The position numbers were made by a program, and so were the translations under genes. Shown here piece after piece: positions 24,790 to 37,331 of a stretch of DNA of 63,976 nt (position 1 is the first letter of the stretch; the number at the start of each line of letters is the position of its first letter). The stretch spans positions 47,723,897-47,787,872 of the forward strand of contig NC_068994.1 of assembly GCF_001194135.2 (NCBI RefSeq), in the 5' to 3' direction. Under the pieces are notes generated by a model. It did not search any database, had not been told where the DNA came from, and saw nothing but the letters and a program-made list of their open reading frames with translations. The stretch is from Octopus bimaculoides. Its lineage: Eukaryota.

Positions 24790-25630
24790 CAGAATTACCT
24801 CCCTTAGATACAATACGTTATGGCTGCATTCCTGGTTTATAGTATGCTTTACTAATTACATAGAGGAATTTTTTCAATTTACCTCCGAGGATCATAACAC
24901 TTTCGACAGTATTTTCTTCTCCAGCGATCGCGGACAGCATCAACGTCCACGGAATGTCCAGATTTCTTCTAGTCCACATTGTAGCACACTTTTCTCCTCT
25001 CTTACTGAGTTAGCCATCACACCTACCATGAACTAAGTTGTTTCAATTATTTACTCACTGAAGATTAGTTCTCTGCTCTGTTTTCATCTTTCTCTTATAA
25101 GCCTATGCCATATTCGTTATGAAGCATTTTCTGTTTCCCCTTCTAGTTCACGAATCACTCTTCTACTGTTCTTCCTAAAACGAATACCAGTCGGGTAAAT
25201 CATAGTGAATCTGTCTACAAATCCACAATACCCTGCCTCCACAGAGAACATTATACACCGTCATCTTCATGCCTCAAAACGATTCCATAAATCCTTTGTA
25301 TATTAGGAACTTTCTTTCATGTGCACTTTCCATATTACCTTCCCAAGGTCCCATCAAACCAACAGATCATTGTGAAATCCAACCATGCCCTCCTAAGTTC
25401 AGGTCATTGTCTTATGGTAATATGGAAACAGAAGTGCTTCCTTCCTTCGTATTCACTTGCATCTTCAAGTTATTAGGCATCAGTTTTCCTTTCTGTTCCA
25501 ATGTTGCCCATTCTCTCCCTTATTATGGAAAAACAATAAAGTGCAATTTGGTGTTGATTCTCATTGCATTGGTATTGGCTACTGCATTGTTCTTTTAGTC
25601 TATCAGCAAGGAAACAAGACTTTCACAAAA
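24790..25630 (-). mobile_element. Decayed 3' fragment of a HERO-like (restriction-like endonuclease) non-LTR retrotransposon
   Basis: Minus-strand translation gives GPWEGNMESAHERKF (25303-25352), GYCGF (approx. 25220-25233) and RRVIRELEGETENAS. These match the PWE..xEExHERK..KY / GCRGF pattern of HERO-type RLE domains. Confidence 0.7.
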
Positions 25631-25732
25631 TATCGATGAAGAGGCCAGATATAAAGTTATATTCAAAGAATGGCTTCAAACGACTAAAGTAAGTCAAAAT
25701 TTTATTCCATTATTTTATGTATAAATAAAATA

Positions 25733-26108
25733 TTCTTTTATTTTGTTTGTCATTTGACTATGGCCATGCTGGAGCACTGCCTTTAGTCGAACAAATTGGC
25801 CCCAGGACTTATTCTATCAGTCACTTGCTTGCCGAACCACTATGTTACAGGAACATAAACACACCAACATCGATTGTCAAGTGATGATGGGGGAACAAAC
25901 AGACATATAACACACACACACAACACATATATATACACACACACACAACAAGCTTCTTTCAGTTTCCGTCAACCAAATCCACTCACAAAGCTTTGGTCAG
26001 CCCAAGGCTATAGTAGAAGACACTTGCGCAAGGTGCCACACAGTGGGACTGAACCCAGAACCATGTGGCTGGTAAGCAAGCTACTTACCACACAGTCACT
26101 CCTGCACC
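25733..26108 (-). mobile_element. SINE family A copy
   Basis: Reverse-complement match to 24311-24750. Confidence 0.85.
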
Positions 26109-26451
26109 CATTAAAACGAAAGAAAACCATATTAGTACATAGTAAAATTTTAGAAAATCTTGAAACCTGTATTAATCATATTACTGTTTTCTCATTTCTT
26201 CTTTAGATGATTATATTAATTCTACTGCTTTAGTAGTTATTTTATTCCATCTCTATTAAAGGTAAGTCTTCTGTCAACATAACACACAAAATGTGTTTTT
26301 TGTGTGTTACTAGCTTCACTGCAATTCCTTATATACATACATGCTAGTTATGCACCTAATGCAGTTGTGCAGCTTATGCAATCAACAAGCATGTCCCTGT
26401 TATGTAGCCAAAGTAAATGGTTATATTCATATACTTGTCACTTCTTATAGA

Positions 26452-26750
26452 GAAGGTGCATGTGAATGTCAGGCTCACAATCATGAGGTAGCGAGTTCGA
26501 TTCCCAGATCGAACTGTGTTGTGTTTTTGAGCAATTCACTCAGCTGTAGAAATGAGTTGCAGCATTACTGGTGCCAAGCCATATCCCTTGGACAACATTG
26601 GTGGCGTGGAGAGGGGAGGTTAGTATACATGGGCGACTGCTGGTCTTCCACAAACAACCTTGCCCAGACTTGTGCTTCAGAGGGGAACTTTCTTGGTGCA
26701 ATCCCATGGTCATTTATGACCGAAGGGGGTCTTTACCCTCTTATAGAGAG
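26452..26750 (+). mobile_element. tRNA-derived SINE, distinct family (B-box GAGTTCGATTCC; TTCACTCAGCTGTAGAAATGAG central motif)
   Basis: B-box at about 26493. A related reverse-strand head and central motif occurs at about 50355-50470. Confidence 0.6.
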
Positions 26751-27021
26751 GGAGATAATATATATTGTATGTCCAATATTATTGATTTCTAAGATTGACA
26801 CAAATCCACAAATTTACTGGTTCATTAAATCAAATGAATTCTACCTGGAATAGGCAAAACTTGGAAATAGCAACCAAATCACTCTCGATTCAGGTTGACT
26901 AGAACTAAGAAAACAATTGCCCTTTTATATATATCCCAACAATTTAAGTAAACATGTAGAATACTAACACACTGAAAATTAATAAAGATAAATACAGATA
27001 TTTTCAAACATTTATCCGCAC

Positions 27022-27027
27022 TTTATT
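27022..27027 (-). promoter_or_regulatory. Polyadenylation signal (AATAAA) of ATP5ME
   Basis: Plus-strand TTTATT, 76 nt downstream of the ATP5ME stop codon. Confidence 0.6.
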
Positions 27028-27102
27028 GTCTTTTAATGTCTATACATAGTAAAACAAATCAGTCAAATACAAGGTGGATACAAAAACTATAGATGGCTAC
27101 AA

Positions 27103-27146
27103 TTATTTTGTCACACCAAATTCTTTTCCTAAAACTGCCATTTCAG
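27103..27146 (-). CDS. ATP5ME: ATP synthase subunit e, exon 4 (terminal): (A)EMAVLGKEFGVTK*
   Basis: T-rich tract plus ACAG acceptor (plus-strand CT at 27147-27148). Phase 1 matches the end of exon 3. TAA at 27105-27103; AATAAA downstream. Confidence 0.85.
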
Positions 27147-27785
27147 CTGTAAAAAAAAAAAATGTAATTAAAATCACTGAAAATTTGAAACAGAACAAAT
27201 ATGGTAAAAAAAAATAAGTGAAACATCCCATTTTCAGAAAAGCATATTTTACTTAGTTCTAAGATTGATTATTGAATGATGCCAAAATACCATTACTTGT
27301 ATAATTTTATATTTGTGAGATGAGGAATTTAGATCATGTACATTATTTACATTATTGGTTGAACTGGTGTCCTCATCTTGATTGTAGTTTTCGCAAGACA
27401 ATGAAGGCTGGAGCATACACAGACAAAACGTAGTGAAAGCAACGATCAGGAATGAGGATATCATTCCAACTAATGCAAACAGTGTATATACCTTTACCAG
27501 TGTTTGAAATTCTCTTCAAGACACACTTCAATATTCTAATATTCAATATCAAGGCTTAGGCTGCAATCCCTAAATTTACTTTTAATTGTAACCATACACA
27601 GCCAGAGAAGGCTCTACATGGTAAAGGTCATTTTTACTTGTTAAAAATAACAACTAAATCTCCTTCAGATTATATGTTGCAGTCATACATAAAAGGACAC
27701 AGTGGATAATGTAGTCCTAGATACATTATTCTTAAAAAAAGAGAAAAGGGGAAAATGTTGGGGTGGTCACAGCTAGATATTTTAA

Positions 27786-28006
27786 ACCTTTAGCATTCAG
27801 ATTTCTCTGTCAAAAGTAATGTTTATTTATTCATATTGTTTTGAATTAATCATGCAATATCTTGTAGCTTTTAGATTTTGTTGAGCTAACTATTAATTTT
27901 TAGAATGATATTGTAAGGTTGGTGTGAGAAGTTGGATCTGGTTGGTTTGAACACAAAACAGGTAGAGTATTTTGCCCAACTATAGCTGGTTTAAAATACT
28001 AAAGGG
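27786..28006. mobile_element. piggyBac-type MITE in ATP5ME intron 3
   Basis: TTAA|ACCTTTAGCATT...AATACTAAAGGG|TTAA: short TIRs flanked by a TTAA TSD. Confidence 0.7.
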
Positions 28007-28218
28007 TTAACTGCTAGTCTGACACTACACAACAATACTGGCAGCAACAACTTCACCAGTATGGAAAATTCTTTGAGATCTGTCCTTTCTCATCTTCAGA
28101 TTGAACTATTTTAAGTAATGTTTGTGGAGGCCACTAAATTAGATGTGGAAGATAAGAGTCAACAAGTAATTCATTTAAATGTCCAATCACAAAGTAATTA
28201 ATCAAGAAGTCAACACAC

Positions 28219-28320
28219 CTGCTACAGCAGCATCAGTCTCTTGTTTGATCCTAGCATCCCGGATAGCACGGATTTTGTTCTCCTCTTCCTGAATAACAAC
28301 TTCTTTCTTAGAAAGGGATT
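28219..28320 (-). CDS. ATP5ME: ATP synthase subunit e, exon 3: (K)SLSKKEVVIQEEENKIRAIRDARIKQETDAAVA
   Basis: CTCACAG acceptor, G|GTGTGT donor, 102 nt, phase 1 to phase 1. The coiled-coil-like segment resembles insect subunit e (SRLSKKEEKLREIEAQQKAVRDAKLAEEK, recalled from memory). Confidence 0.9.
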
Positions 28321-28669
28321 CTGTGAGTGAAGAGAAAAACAAGTTTACTTTTTGGAAGAGTTACAGAGCAATGTTTACAATCATATAAAGATTGGCTTAA
28401 AAAAAATGTAGTAGGGCAAATGCACACACACACAAAATATAATCATCAATGTTTATATATTTAGCATTTCCATGTTGGCATGGGTTGAATGAGATTTCTT
28501 GAGACTGTATTCTGCTATTGGCTGCCCTTCTAGATGCCAAGCCTTACTGCTTTTAAAGTAAAGTACTTTATTTCACAGGTCTCCACACATCAAACAATTG
28601 GCACAAAGCCACACCACCTCAATACTACTCCCCACTCCAAGTTGAGAGGTTTTTTGTTGTGCAAAGTAC

Positions 28670-28890
28670 TTGATGACCCTGTTGCTGCTGGTGCCACATA
28701 GAAAGCACTGATGGTGCCATGTAAAAAGCACCCAATACATTCTATAAAGTGGTCGGCATTAGGAAGGACATCCAGCCATAGAAGCCATGCCTAAACAGAT
28801 AATGGAACCTGGTGCTACTCTTGACCATGCCAGCTCCTATCAAACCATCCAACCCATGCCTGCATGGAAAACGGACATTAAATGAAGATG
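28670..28890 (+). mobile_element. SINE/LINE-tail family C copy (AGGAAGGGCATCCAGC...CCATGCCAGCATGGAAAACGGACGTTAAATGATG)
   Basis: Homologous to 44516-44853 and 47375-47698. Further copies at about 30265-30480 (-), 32155-32488 (+), 43840-43990 (-) and 58040-58135 (-). Confidence 0.75.
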
Positions 28891-30519
28891 GTGAAGAATT
28901 TAATAAAATAAACTTTGCTATTATTAAATTGGTATTTGGAACACAAAATTGTGACAGAAGGTTTTTAAGTTAGATCCCTTTAAAACTGGAGGTTTATATC
29001 ATAGGATCAAGAGTGGTCTCAGACAGGTTGGTATCGAAAGAATTAACTGTATTCCACAATCTATAGTGGGTGCTGACAAATCTAAAGGTAGATGAATGGC
29101 TGAGAATCATTCAAACATGGCATGATTTAGGAGCTAAATTTCACTAGGACACTTTTCCGTTTGACCCTAATCAGGAGAAATATCTAACCTAATATTAACC
29201 AAACAAATGAAAATAAAATCATAACAAATGTGGTCAATACATCAATTTAGTTTCTACAAATAATACACCTATATATGTGGTCAGTATTTGAATGTATTTT
29301 ACACAACTATTGTACATACATAAATGGTCAGTATTTGTAGTTTACTCCAACTCTAATATCCACAAACAAGGTCAGTATTTGAATATATTCTCTACCTCTA
29401 ACTATTATATCTTTTACTTGTTTTAGTTATTAGATGGCAGCCATGCTGGGGCACCACCTCGAAGAATTTCAGTTGAATGAATTAACCCCAGTATGGTTTT
29501 TTTTCTTTTAAGCCTGGTACTTGTATTGGTATCTTTTGCTGAACCACTAAGTTATGAAGACATAAACATACCAACAGCAGTCGTTGACAGGTTGTGGTGG
29601 GGGACAAAACCACAAAAAGACACACCTATAGATCCACTCATAAAGCTTTGGTCAGCCCGAAGCTATAGAAGACAATTGCTCAAGGTGCCATACAGTGGGA
29701 CTGAACCCAGAACCACGTGGTAGGGAAATAAACATCTCACCACACAGCCACATATCTACACATATGATCAATATATGTAGATATATTACACACTACTATT
29801 ATATCTACTTGTAAGATGAATATCTGGATGTATTATTTACAATTAAAACCATTATCTGAGATTGTACTATTAGATCTTCCTTTGCTATGAACATAAATGT
29901 ATTTCAATTACATTATATTTTTCACATACGAAATTTCAAAATTTTCATTATATGTCCTTCCTTAGTCCATCCCATGCTAAACAATATATTGAACCAGCCA
30001 TTCCAGTTATATCAGCCTCAGGATTGCAATGGTTTTTGGGGGGATGGATTCTATAGTATGATACTTTTACAAGACACATTCTAGCTCTTTTATACTCTTT
30101 TACTGGTTTCAGCCAATAAGTTGTGGCCATGCTGAAGCATTACTCCTAGCAACACCTTCCTTTTTTTTTCACCCAGGTTTAGGATTGGCTGGCATTCTTA
30201 TTTGATACACAATAATCAGGCTGAGAACAATGATTCTAAAAACGAGAGGAACCTATCATTTAACGTCCATTACCCATGAGTTTGAACAGGACTGGTAAGC
30301 TGACGGGCTGCACCAGATTCCAGTCTGCTTCGGCATGGTTTCTAAAGCTGGATGTCCTTCTTAACACCAACCACTCCAAGAGTGTAATGGGTGCTTTTAT
30401 ATGTCACTGGAGGTGCCAGTTGTATGACACCGGTATCTGCCACGACTACAGTTACACTTGGCTTGATGGATCTTCTTCTCAAGCACAACATATTGCTGAA
30501 TTTACTTTAACTTTATCAA

Positions 30520-30810
30520 CTCCATAGGGATGAAAGGCAAAACTGACCTCAGCTGGATTTGAACTCAGAGAATAAAGGGCTGTAAATAAATGCTGGTTTC
30601 AAATCTTGGCACAAGGTCAGCAATTTCGGTGGAGGGGACTAGTTGATTACATCAACCCCAGTATCCAACTGGTACTTATTTTATCAACTCCAAAAGGAGG
30701 AAAGGCAAAGTCAACCTCAGCAGAATTTGAATGCAGAATGTAAAGACAGATGAAATACCATTAAGCATTTTGCCTGGCATGCTAAAGGTTCTGCTAATTT
30801 GCCACCTTAA
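30520..30810 (-). mobile_element. SINE family B, two adjacent reverse copies (one partial)
   Basis: GGATGAAAGGCAAAGTC...GAATTTGAA(C/T) reverse-complement motifs. Confidence 0.75.
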
Positions 30811-31072
30811 GAGTTGTAATTAAATATTGAAAAGTATTTTATTCAGTACTAATATTTCCATCATTCAATATATTCATAAGAAATTTTAAACTTTCTTGTC
30901 TCAATAGTTTCTGAAATACAAGAAACAACACAAGATAAAAACAAATACACAAACATCATTATCATCATTATAAACACAGATGCACCCAATTACTGGTTGG
31001 TTATACTGGATGGAAGAAATAATGGTAACAGTGTACAAGAAAAAATTTCTTTAAAATATTGAATTGACTTAC

Positions 31073-31127
31073 TGTATCTGAAGTGACCATACAAAATACC
31101 ACTGAACAGAGCAGTATATCTGCAGAA
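31073..31127 (-). CDS. ATP5ME: ATP synthase subunit e, exon 2: FCRYTALFSGILYGHFRY
   Basis: Long pyrimidine tract plus GTAG acceptor, A|GTAAGT donor, 55 nt, phase 0 to phase 1. Aligns with human LGRYSALFLGVAYGATRY and keeps the GxxxG (GILYG) dimerisation motif of subunit e. Confidence 0.95.
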
Positions 31128-32154
31128 CTACAAAGAAATAAGAAAAAAAAAATGATAAAAAATACGATCTGCTTTTGGGATATAGTACAGAAATTTGATC
31201 AAGCAATTGGTTATGACAATTAACACATCTTACTTTCAATGTCTCCATACTCCAGCATTACAAAAGAAGGAAAAGACTGATTGTGGTTCAGTGGGCTAAA
31301 AGAGCTGAAGAGAAAGTCTCTAAAAGGTCACTTGCTTGCTAGAAATAATAGCCAAATCACCTTCAGCTCACTTTCCTACCATTTTAAAAAAGAAAGGGCA
31401 TGAATATAATTAGAACCAATAAGGGCTGGTACAAGGCTAAACATAGTTCACAATGACTATAGTTAAACAATGGCATAGAAGGAACTTAAGTTATAACCAG
31501 AAATGCAGCACAGGTGAATCCAAAGACCAATTCTCTGATGATGAGACAGTGCTTAGGTAATAATTTCTTACATAGACATACAGCCAAAAATTTATGAGGT
31601 GGATTTTATCGTTATTGTTTTAATACATATTTCCATGAGTGAGATGAAATTTGTTCAAGCAGATTTTCTATAGCCAGATACCATTCTTGTTGCCAACCTA
31701 CACTTGTTTCCAAGCAAGGTAATATTTCCCAGTAGCCAGACGTTTTCATAGTAGTTTGCTTGTATGATAGCAACACTGGTTTTACAGTTATTATGTAATG
31801 CCAAAGACTAGGAGAAAAATACACACACATATACATATACAATGGGTTTCTTTCAGTTTCTGTTAAATGAATACACTCACAAGGTTTAAGTCAGCTATAG
31901 TAGAAGACACTATAGTAGAAGACACTATAGTAGAAGAAACTTGCCCAAAATATCACAGAGTGGAACTGAATCCAAAATCACATAAGTGGGAAGCAAGCTT
32001 CTTGACCACACGGCCTTGCCTGCACCTAATTAATTAAAATCATCCCTCATACATGACTGGTACTATATTTTACCAACTCTGGAAGGATGATAGGAAGAGT
32101 TAACCAGAGAGATTTGAACACAGGATATAAGTTGTGAGAACAACTTATGGTATT

Positions 32155-32488
32155 TACCTGGCACCCATACCAGTGCCACACGAAAAGCACCCATGCCAGT
32201 GCCATGTGAAAAAAACCTGTACTGGCACTACATAAGCAATCGTACCAATGCCACATAAAAGGAACCTGTGCCAGTACCATGTAAAAAGCACTGGTGCTGG
32301 TACCACATAAAAAGCACCCAGTACACACTGTAATGTGGAGTGGTTGACATTAGGAAGGGCATCCAGCTGTAGAAACCATGCCAAAACAGATGGTGGAGCC
32401 TGGTGCAGTCCTCTGGCTTGCCAGCTCCTGTCAAACTGTCCAAACCATGCTAGCATGGAAAACTGATGTTAAATGATAATGATGATTC
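32155..32488 (+). mobile_element. Family C copy with internal tandem CCAGTGCCAC(A/G)TAAAAAGCAC repeats
   Basis: Repeated approx. 20-27-bp motif followed by the family C tail ending ATGATAATGATG. Confidence 0.75.
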
Positions 32489-33951
32489 TACCATAAAGTA
32501 TTTTGTTTGACACTCAACTGATTCTGCTATATGTCGAAGAAAAAAGATGTTTTCTCAATTTATAATTTCCATCAAAGTGAACATAAGGTGAGGATGTCCA
32601 GCAAAATCCCTACCATCCACTCACAAAGACAGTAATACTAAGAGAAACAAACACACACATATATATATATATACACAAATACAGCAGGCTTCTTTCAGTT
32701 TCTGTCAAACACATCCACTCACAATGCTTTGGTTGACCCAAGACAATAGCAAAAGGCTTAAAATTATGATTTTTATGCTTAGCCTCAGAGCAGCCCTTAA
32801 CAAGCTGGCCTATGATCTAACTTATTTAATTAAGCGATTTAAATCATGCCATCTTTTTTCCAGGAACTACACTCTGTACTACATTAACCAGTGATTTTTT
32901 TTTTTTAAATGGTAAAATGATCAGATACATCTAAATGAACTCTATTTCATATGGTTCCTATTTACAGCTTAGTGGACAATACTTCTCATAGCAGACATTT
33001 ACAGCTGCAAGGGAAAATATCAGAACGAAAGAAATTCCATGCAACCAATTCTCTGGAGGATTGAGCATAGTTAGTTAATGCAGGGTTTAAGAGGAGAGAT
33101 GAGTTAGTCAGGATTGCTTTAGTGGGGATGAAAAGGGAGTAGCTAGTTCTAAGGAACAAATATTACTGTAATAGTGGTAGACAGAAAGAGAAGGAAGTAT
33201 GCTTATGGTCCCAAGGCTGGAAATTTTTAATGAGTGACTTCATACCAACCAGTTAGGGCTGACTTTTGAGAGATGCAGTCCAGTCTACAATGACTGTGTG
33301 TATAGCTGCTACATCCCAAATGTAGAAACAGTCCTCTACTGCAGATCTCACCTGAATTTTATAGAAACTTAATAGTTGTAGGCTAAAGTATTCTCCAGCA
33401 AATCTAGTTTCACAAAAATTGTAGGGGTAATCATTAAGTAGGTAGAGTGATGGAGAAGGTTGTTAATAGCTGCCTCATCACATTTGAGATGGTCAAATTA
33501 AGTGTAAGAAAAAAATATTTGGCAGGGTTTGAGGAGCTACCCCTCTTGTGAACAGAATACATGGTAATGTTTCTAAAACAAGGATACAGTTCTACAGAGA
33601 AACGGAAGAGTTTAGCAAGGCTAGGGGGTTAGAAGTGGAACATATTCACTGCAAGTAATGGAAGGATATTATCAGGGCCAGTCCAATTACCTTGTTAGTT
33701 TGAAGTAACTGGAAGCACTTTGGAACCCAGATTGACCCTGATTTGACCTATGATCAACGTTGTTTCAACTATGGGCAGTCTATCTTACATTTAGATATAG
33801 TGTATCTAGGACTACATAATTCAAAGTATCCTGTATTATTTACAACAAGAAGATGCAATTTAAAAGAGATTTTGCTCTTGTTTCTAGCAGATCGAGATAG
33901 TACTTAGAGGCTTTCCTTTTTGATTCTTGGTATATATATGGTGGATAACAA

Positions 33952-34010
33952 GGCATAACTACAGGGTTTTACCCCCCAAAGTCCAGGGGGTAAAACCCTG
34001 TAGTTATGCC
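33952..34010. mobile_element. 59-bp miniature inverted-repeat element: perfect 25-bp TIRs, 9-bp spacer, 8-bp TSD GATAACAA
   Basis: GGCATAACTACAGGGTTTTACCCCC-CAAAGTCCA-GGGGGTAAAACCCTGTAGTTATGCC, with GATAACAA at 33944-33951 and 34011-34018. Confidence 0.85.
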
Positions 34011-34638
34011 GATAACAAGATAGTTTTGAAGATTATTTAGAGATTAACAAAACGAACACCAATAGAGTTGGTGTCTCAACTAACACTAATAAAAGAACAA
34101 TACCAAGGGGAAAACATAGCATTTTATAAGACTATCACCAAACATAACGTTCGTATTATTTGGGCGAATCATTAGAAAGTCGGGAAAAAATGCCTTGCGG
34201 TAATTATTTCAGCTTTTATGTTCACAGTTCAAATCTCGCCAAGGTCAATTTTTGCCTTTCATCTAACCGGGGCTGATAAATTAAAACACCTGTTAAGTAA
34301 CTGAATTAACTAATTATCCTCAACCCTAAAACTATATCCTCGTGTCTGTGTTAGAAACAGTTATTATTATTATTATTACTACTACTACTACTATTACTTT
34401 AATTTTAAAGGAGGAAGAGCAGTACACATGACCTTTATTGGAAGGCTCTGAGGTTAGAGAAAAGAAAGTACTTTATCCTGAGGTCTGGCTCGAACCCTTG
34501 CAGCCGAGTGGACACAGCCGAGAACCAAAAGGCGAGGTAATGGTGTAAAACCAGGTGACAGGTTAATGTTAAAGACAATACATTACAGGAAAGCATATCT
34601 AACAAAATATCGTGAGGACCAAAGTTAACTTTCTGTCC

Positions 34639-34682
<44 letters not shown>

Positions 34683-35087
34683 TATATGCTTCCCTCAACC
34701 TAATTTTGATAAATTCCTATGGTTATATATTCGTTAGTTAGCTCCGTATGAATTAGACACACCGAATTTACACAAATACGGTGCATAAACTATAAAAAAA
34801 AGACTTCTCCCAAGATGTCCTTATAAAGGTAGAGTGCTATTACTGAAAGTAGTAAGAAATATTCATTAAATTCATCGAGATATTCTTAAAAAAACATTTG
34901 AACTTGATTATAAAAACAGGAGTTCAAGTTCACCTTGGCTATAATAAGAAAATATTATAAAATATAGTTGTTGAGGAATTAAGATTGCTTTTTTTTTTAA
35001 TACTATAGTATTTGGATTATGAACTGACGTTATTATAGAAATAAATATATTTTTCCTGTTAGTAATTTAAATAGAAAGAAAGCTTAC

Positions 35088-35132
35088 TTTGATTAAAGGA
35101 GAAACCGCGACAGGAGCGACTGCAGAAGCCAT
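35088..35132 (-). CDS. ATP5ME: ATP synthase subunit e, exon 1: MASAVAPVAVSPLIK
   Basis: CAACATGG start context and AAA|GTAAGC donor. PVxVSPLIK is the hallmark N-terminus of subunit e (human MVPPVQVSPLIK). The spliced product is 81 aa. Confidence 0.95.
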
Positions 35133-37121
35133 GTTGAGAACAGGAGCGAGAATTGTGTTCTGTTTTTATAAACCAGTATTCCGTAGGGTGTCGACAGAAT
35201 AGAATAACAGAATAATAGAATATTGCTTCGTTAAGCGTGTGTTTATTGGTGATGTCTTTTGTGTGAGATATATTCATCTACGTTTGGGGTTGTTTATGTG
35301 CGTTTATATATAATTTGGTCTGCATATTTGTTTGTTTTTGTTTATACCTTTGTGTTTATTTGTTTGCATGTGATTGTATGTGTGTGCGTTTGCATTTAAA
35401 CGCTTGTGCTTATTTCTTTATATTTGTAATTGTGTGCCTTTACACGTGTTTATGTCTGCGCTTTTTATGTGGATGTGTGTTTGCGATTCTATTTTTTAAG
35501 TACATTTTTGTGTTAGAATTTATTCACACATACTAAAATGTAGAGGTTTTTTGCCTAATTAAAAAGCGCTACTAGAGTTCTTAATTCACTTGAAGAATTT
35601 GGATATCTAAAGGTCTTATATCTTCATCTCTGCACCCGGCTAGAATGGTTTCTTGGAAAGACTATATTAAAAGTCACTCTTTTAATAAGATTTGGTGATG
35701 TGATTTTTTTTTTTAATTCCTTCTTGTTTTACCGAAGCAAGTACGGCAGTTATATAACTGCACCCGACCTCTTTGCATTCCGACAACATCTTTTGAGCTG
35801 CAAGAATTGGGAAGCAGAGAAGCAGGCAACGGCAGTACGCACTCCATAGTTTGGTTGGCGTTTCCATATTCACAAGCAACTAGGCCACCCTTGAAGTCCC
35901 CTTAACTTGCTTAAGAACCATCGAGGAATCACATCGATGCTGGAGGTCTGGCATGTCAGCGGCGACACGCGGCGGGTTTTAGGTGACACCCGAGAGAGTT
36001 TGAAAAAATATCCCTGCAATATAATGTTAAAAAACCTTATCAACAAGCATTTACCTAAAACTAAAATAGATAAGCTATATTTTACAGGATTCATAAAGAA
36101 ATTTAACTTCAACGTATCGAATTAAAATAGTTTGCCATCACTAGTTTACATGTTCATTTGTTCTGCTAGAAAAATCAGCCAAATCTCCCTCAAATTTTTC
36201 TCTACCGTCTTATGCTACTCAGTTGATAGACAATATTTAAGGCGTTTTATCTACTTATTGCTTGAATAATTCCAATTGATCAAAATTATGATCGAATAGG
36301 TGAGACCTTATCGTATTTGTATTTGATATGTACTACATTCTCTCTATTTCTATGTATATTGATTAACATTAGTCATGCCAACTGAGCGGAATAAGCTTCA
36401 TTGAGGAGATTTAATAATACCGAAACATATCAGTTGCTTTCAAGTTGACTTTAAAATCCAGATTCACGCCAATTTGTCGACGTTGTCCCAATAATTTGAT
36501 CAACTGATCTTATTGTAGTTGCCTCCCTTGCTTAGTTTTATAATTTAAACACCAACTACAACGATATTTTATATATTAATTGCATATATAATACCCATTA
36601 AACGAAGTTTTTTTCAACTCACTATATTACAAATGTGAAACACAACCATAGTGTTATATATACTGTCTGATGGTGACGGCTGCAACACTTCTGATCATAG
36701 GTCTGACTGATCAGTGCTGACCGGGGCTAAAAAGACAATGACTCTTTTGAGCTAACGTGGAGAGCTTCTATTCCCAGTGATTCCCAAATGTGGTAAAACT
36801 GCATTTAACTGAGATAATAAAGGGGCACGGTAAGCGAATTCCACGGTCTTATGTCACCAATCCTTTGACATGGAGTGAATCATTGCGTTTTACGGAAAGG
36901 AGCTGAAAGGAAACAAAGAAACCTAAGGCCCACACCAGTTCGTTATTTTCGCACGTTGTTCCGCATTGCGCCAGACACAAAGATCCGATAAGAAAGCACA
37001 AAGCCATATGTAGAAATTTGTAGCTGGTACTAAACTATTTTAAAAATTTAATCTATGCTTAAAACAGTTACTTTGGCGTGCCACGACAGGTCAGCTCAAA
37101 TTAATTATCCAGTTTTATATT

Positions 37122-37298
37122 GGAGAGATGAGAATTATGTACATTATTTACATTTTACGGATATTTGTCCTCATCTTGTTTGTTGTTAACAGAACTTTTC
37201 GGTTGATATACCCTTCAGCCTTCATCAGGTGTCTTGGCGTAGTGGTTAAGAGCGTGGACTACTAACTCCAAGATTCCGAGTTCAATTCCAGGCAGTGA

Positions 37299-37331
<33 letters not shown>

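Noticed and set aside
31233-31305. Minus-strand segment with a good acceptor and GTAAGA donor just upstream of ATP5ME exon 2
   Set aside because: Phase 0, which exon 1 requires, hits TAG at the third codon, and there is no subunit e similarity. At best a cryptic poison exon; I have no supporting evidence.
31896-31940. Triplicated 15-mer CTATAGTAGAAGACA
   Set aside because: Local slippage within a SINE family A copy.
37229-37300. tRNA gene call for tRNA-like sequences here and at 51447, 26452 and 24311
   Set aside because: A and B boxes are present, but the acceptor and anticodon stems are imperfect and the sequences continue into repeat bodies. They are SINE heads, not tRNA genes; tRNAscan-SE would confirm.
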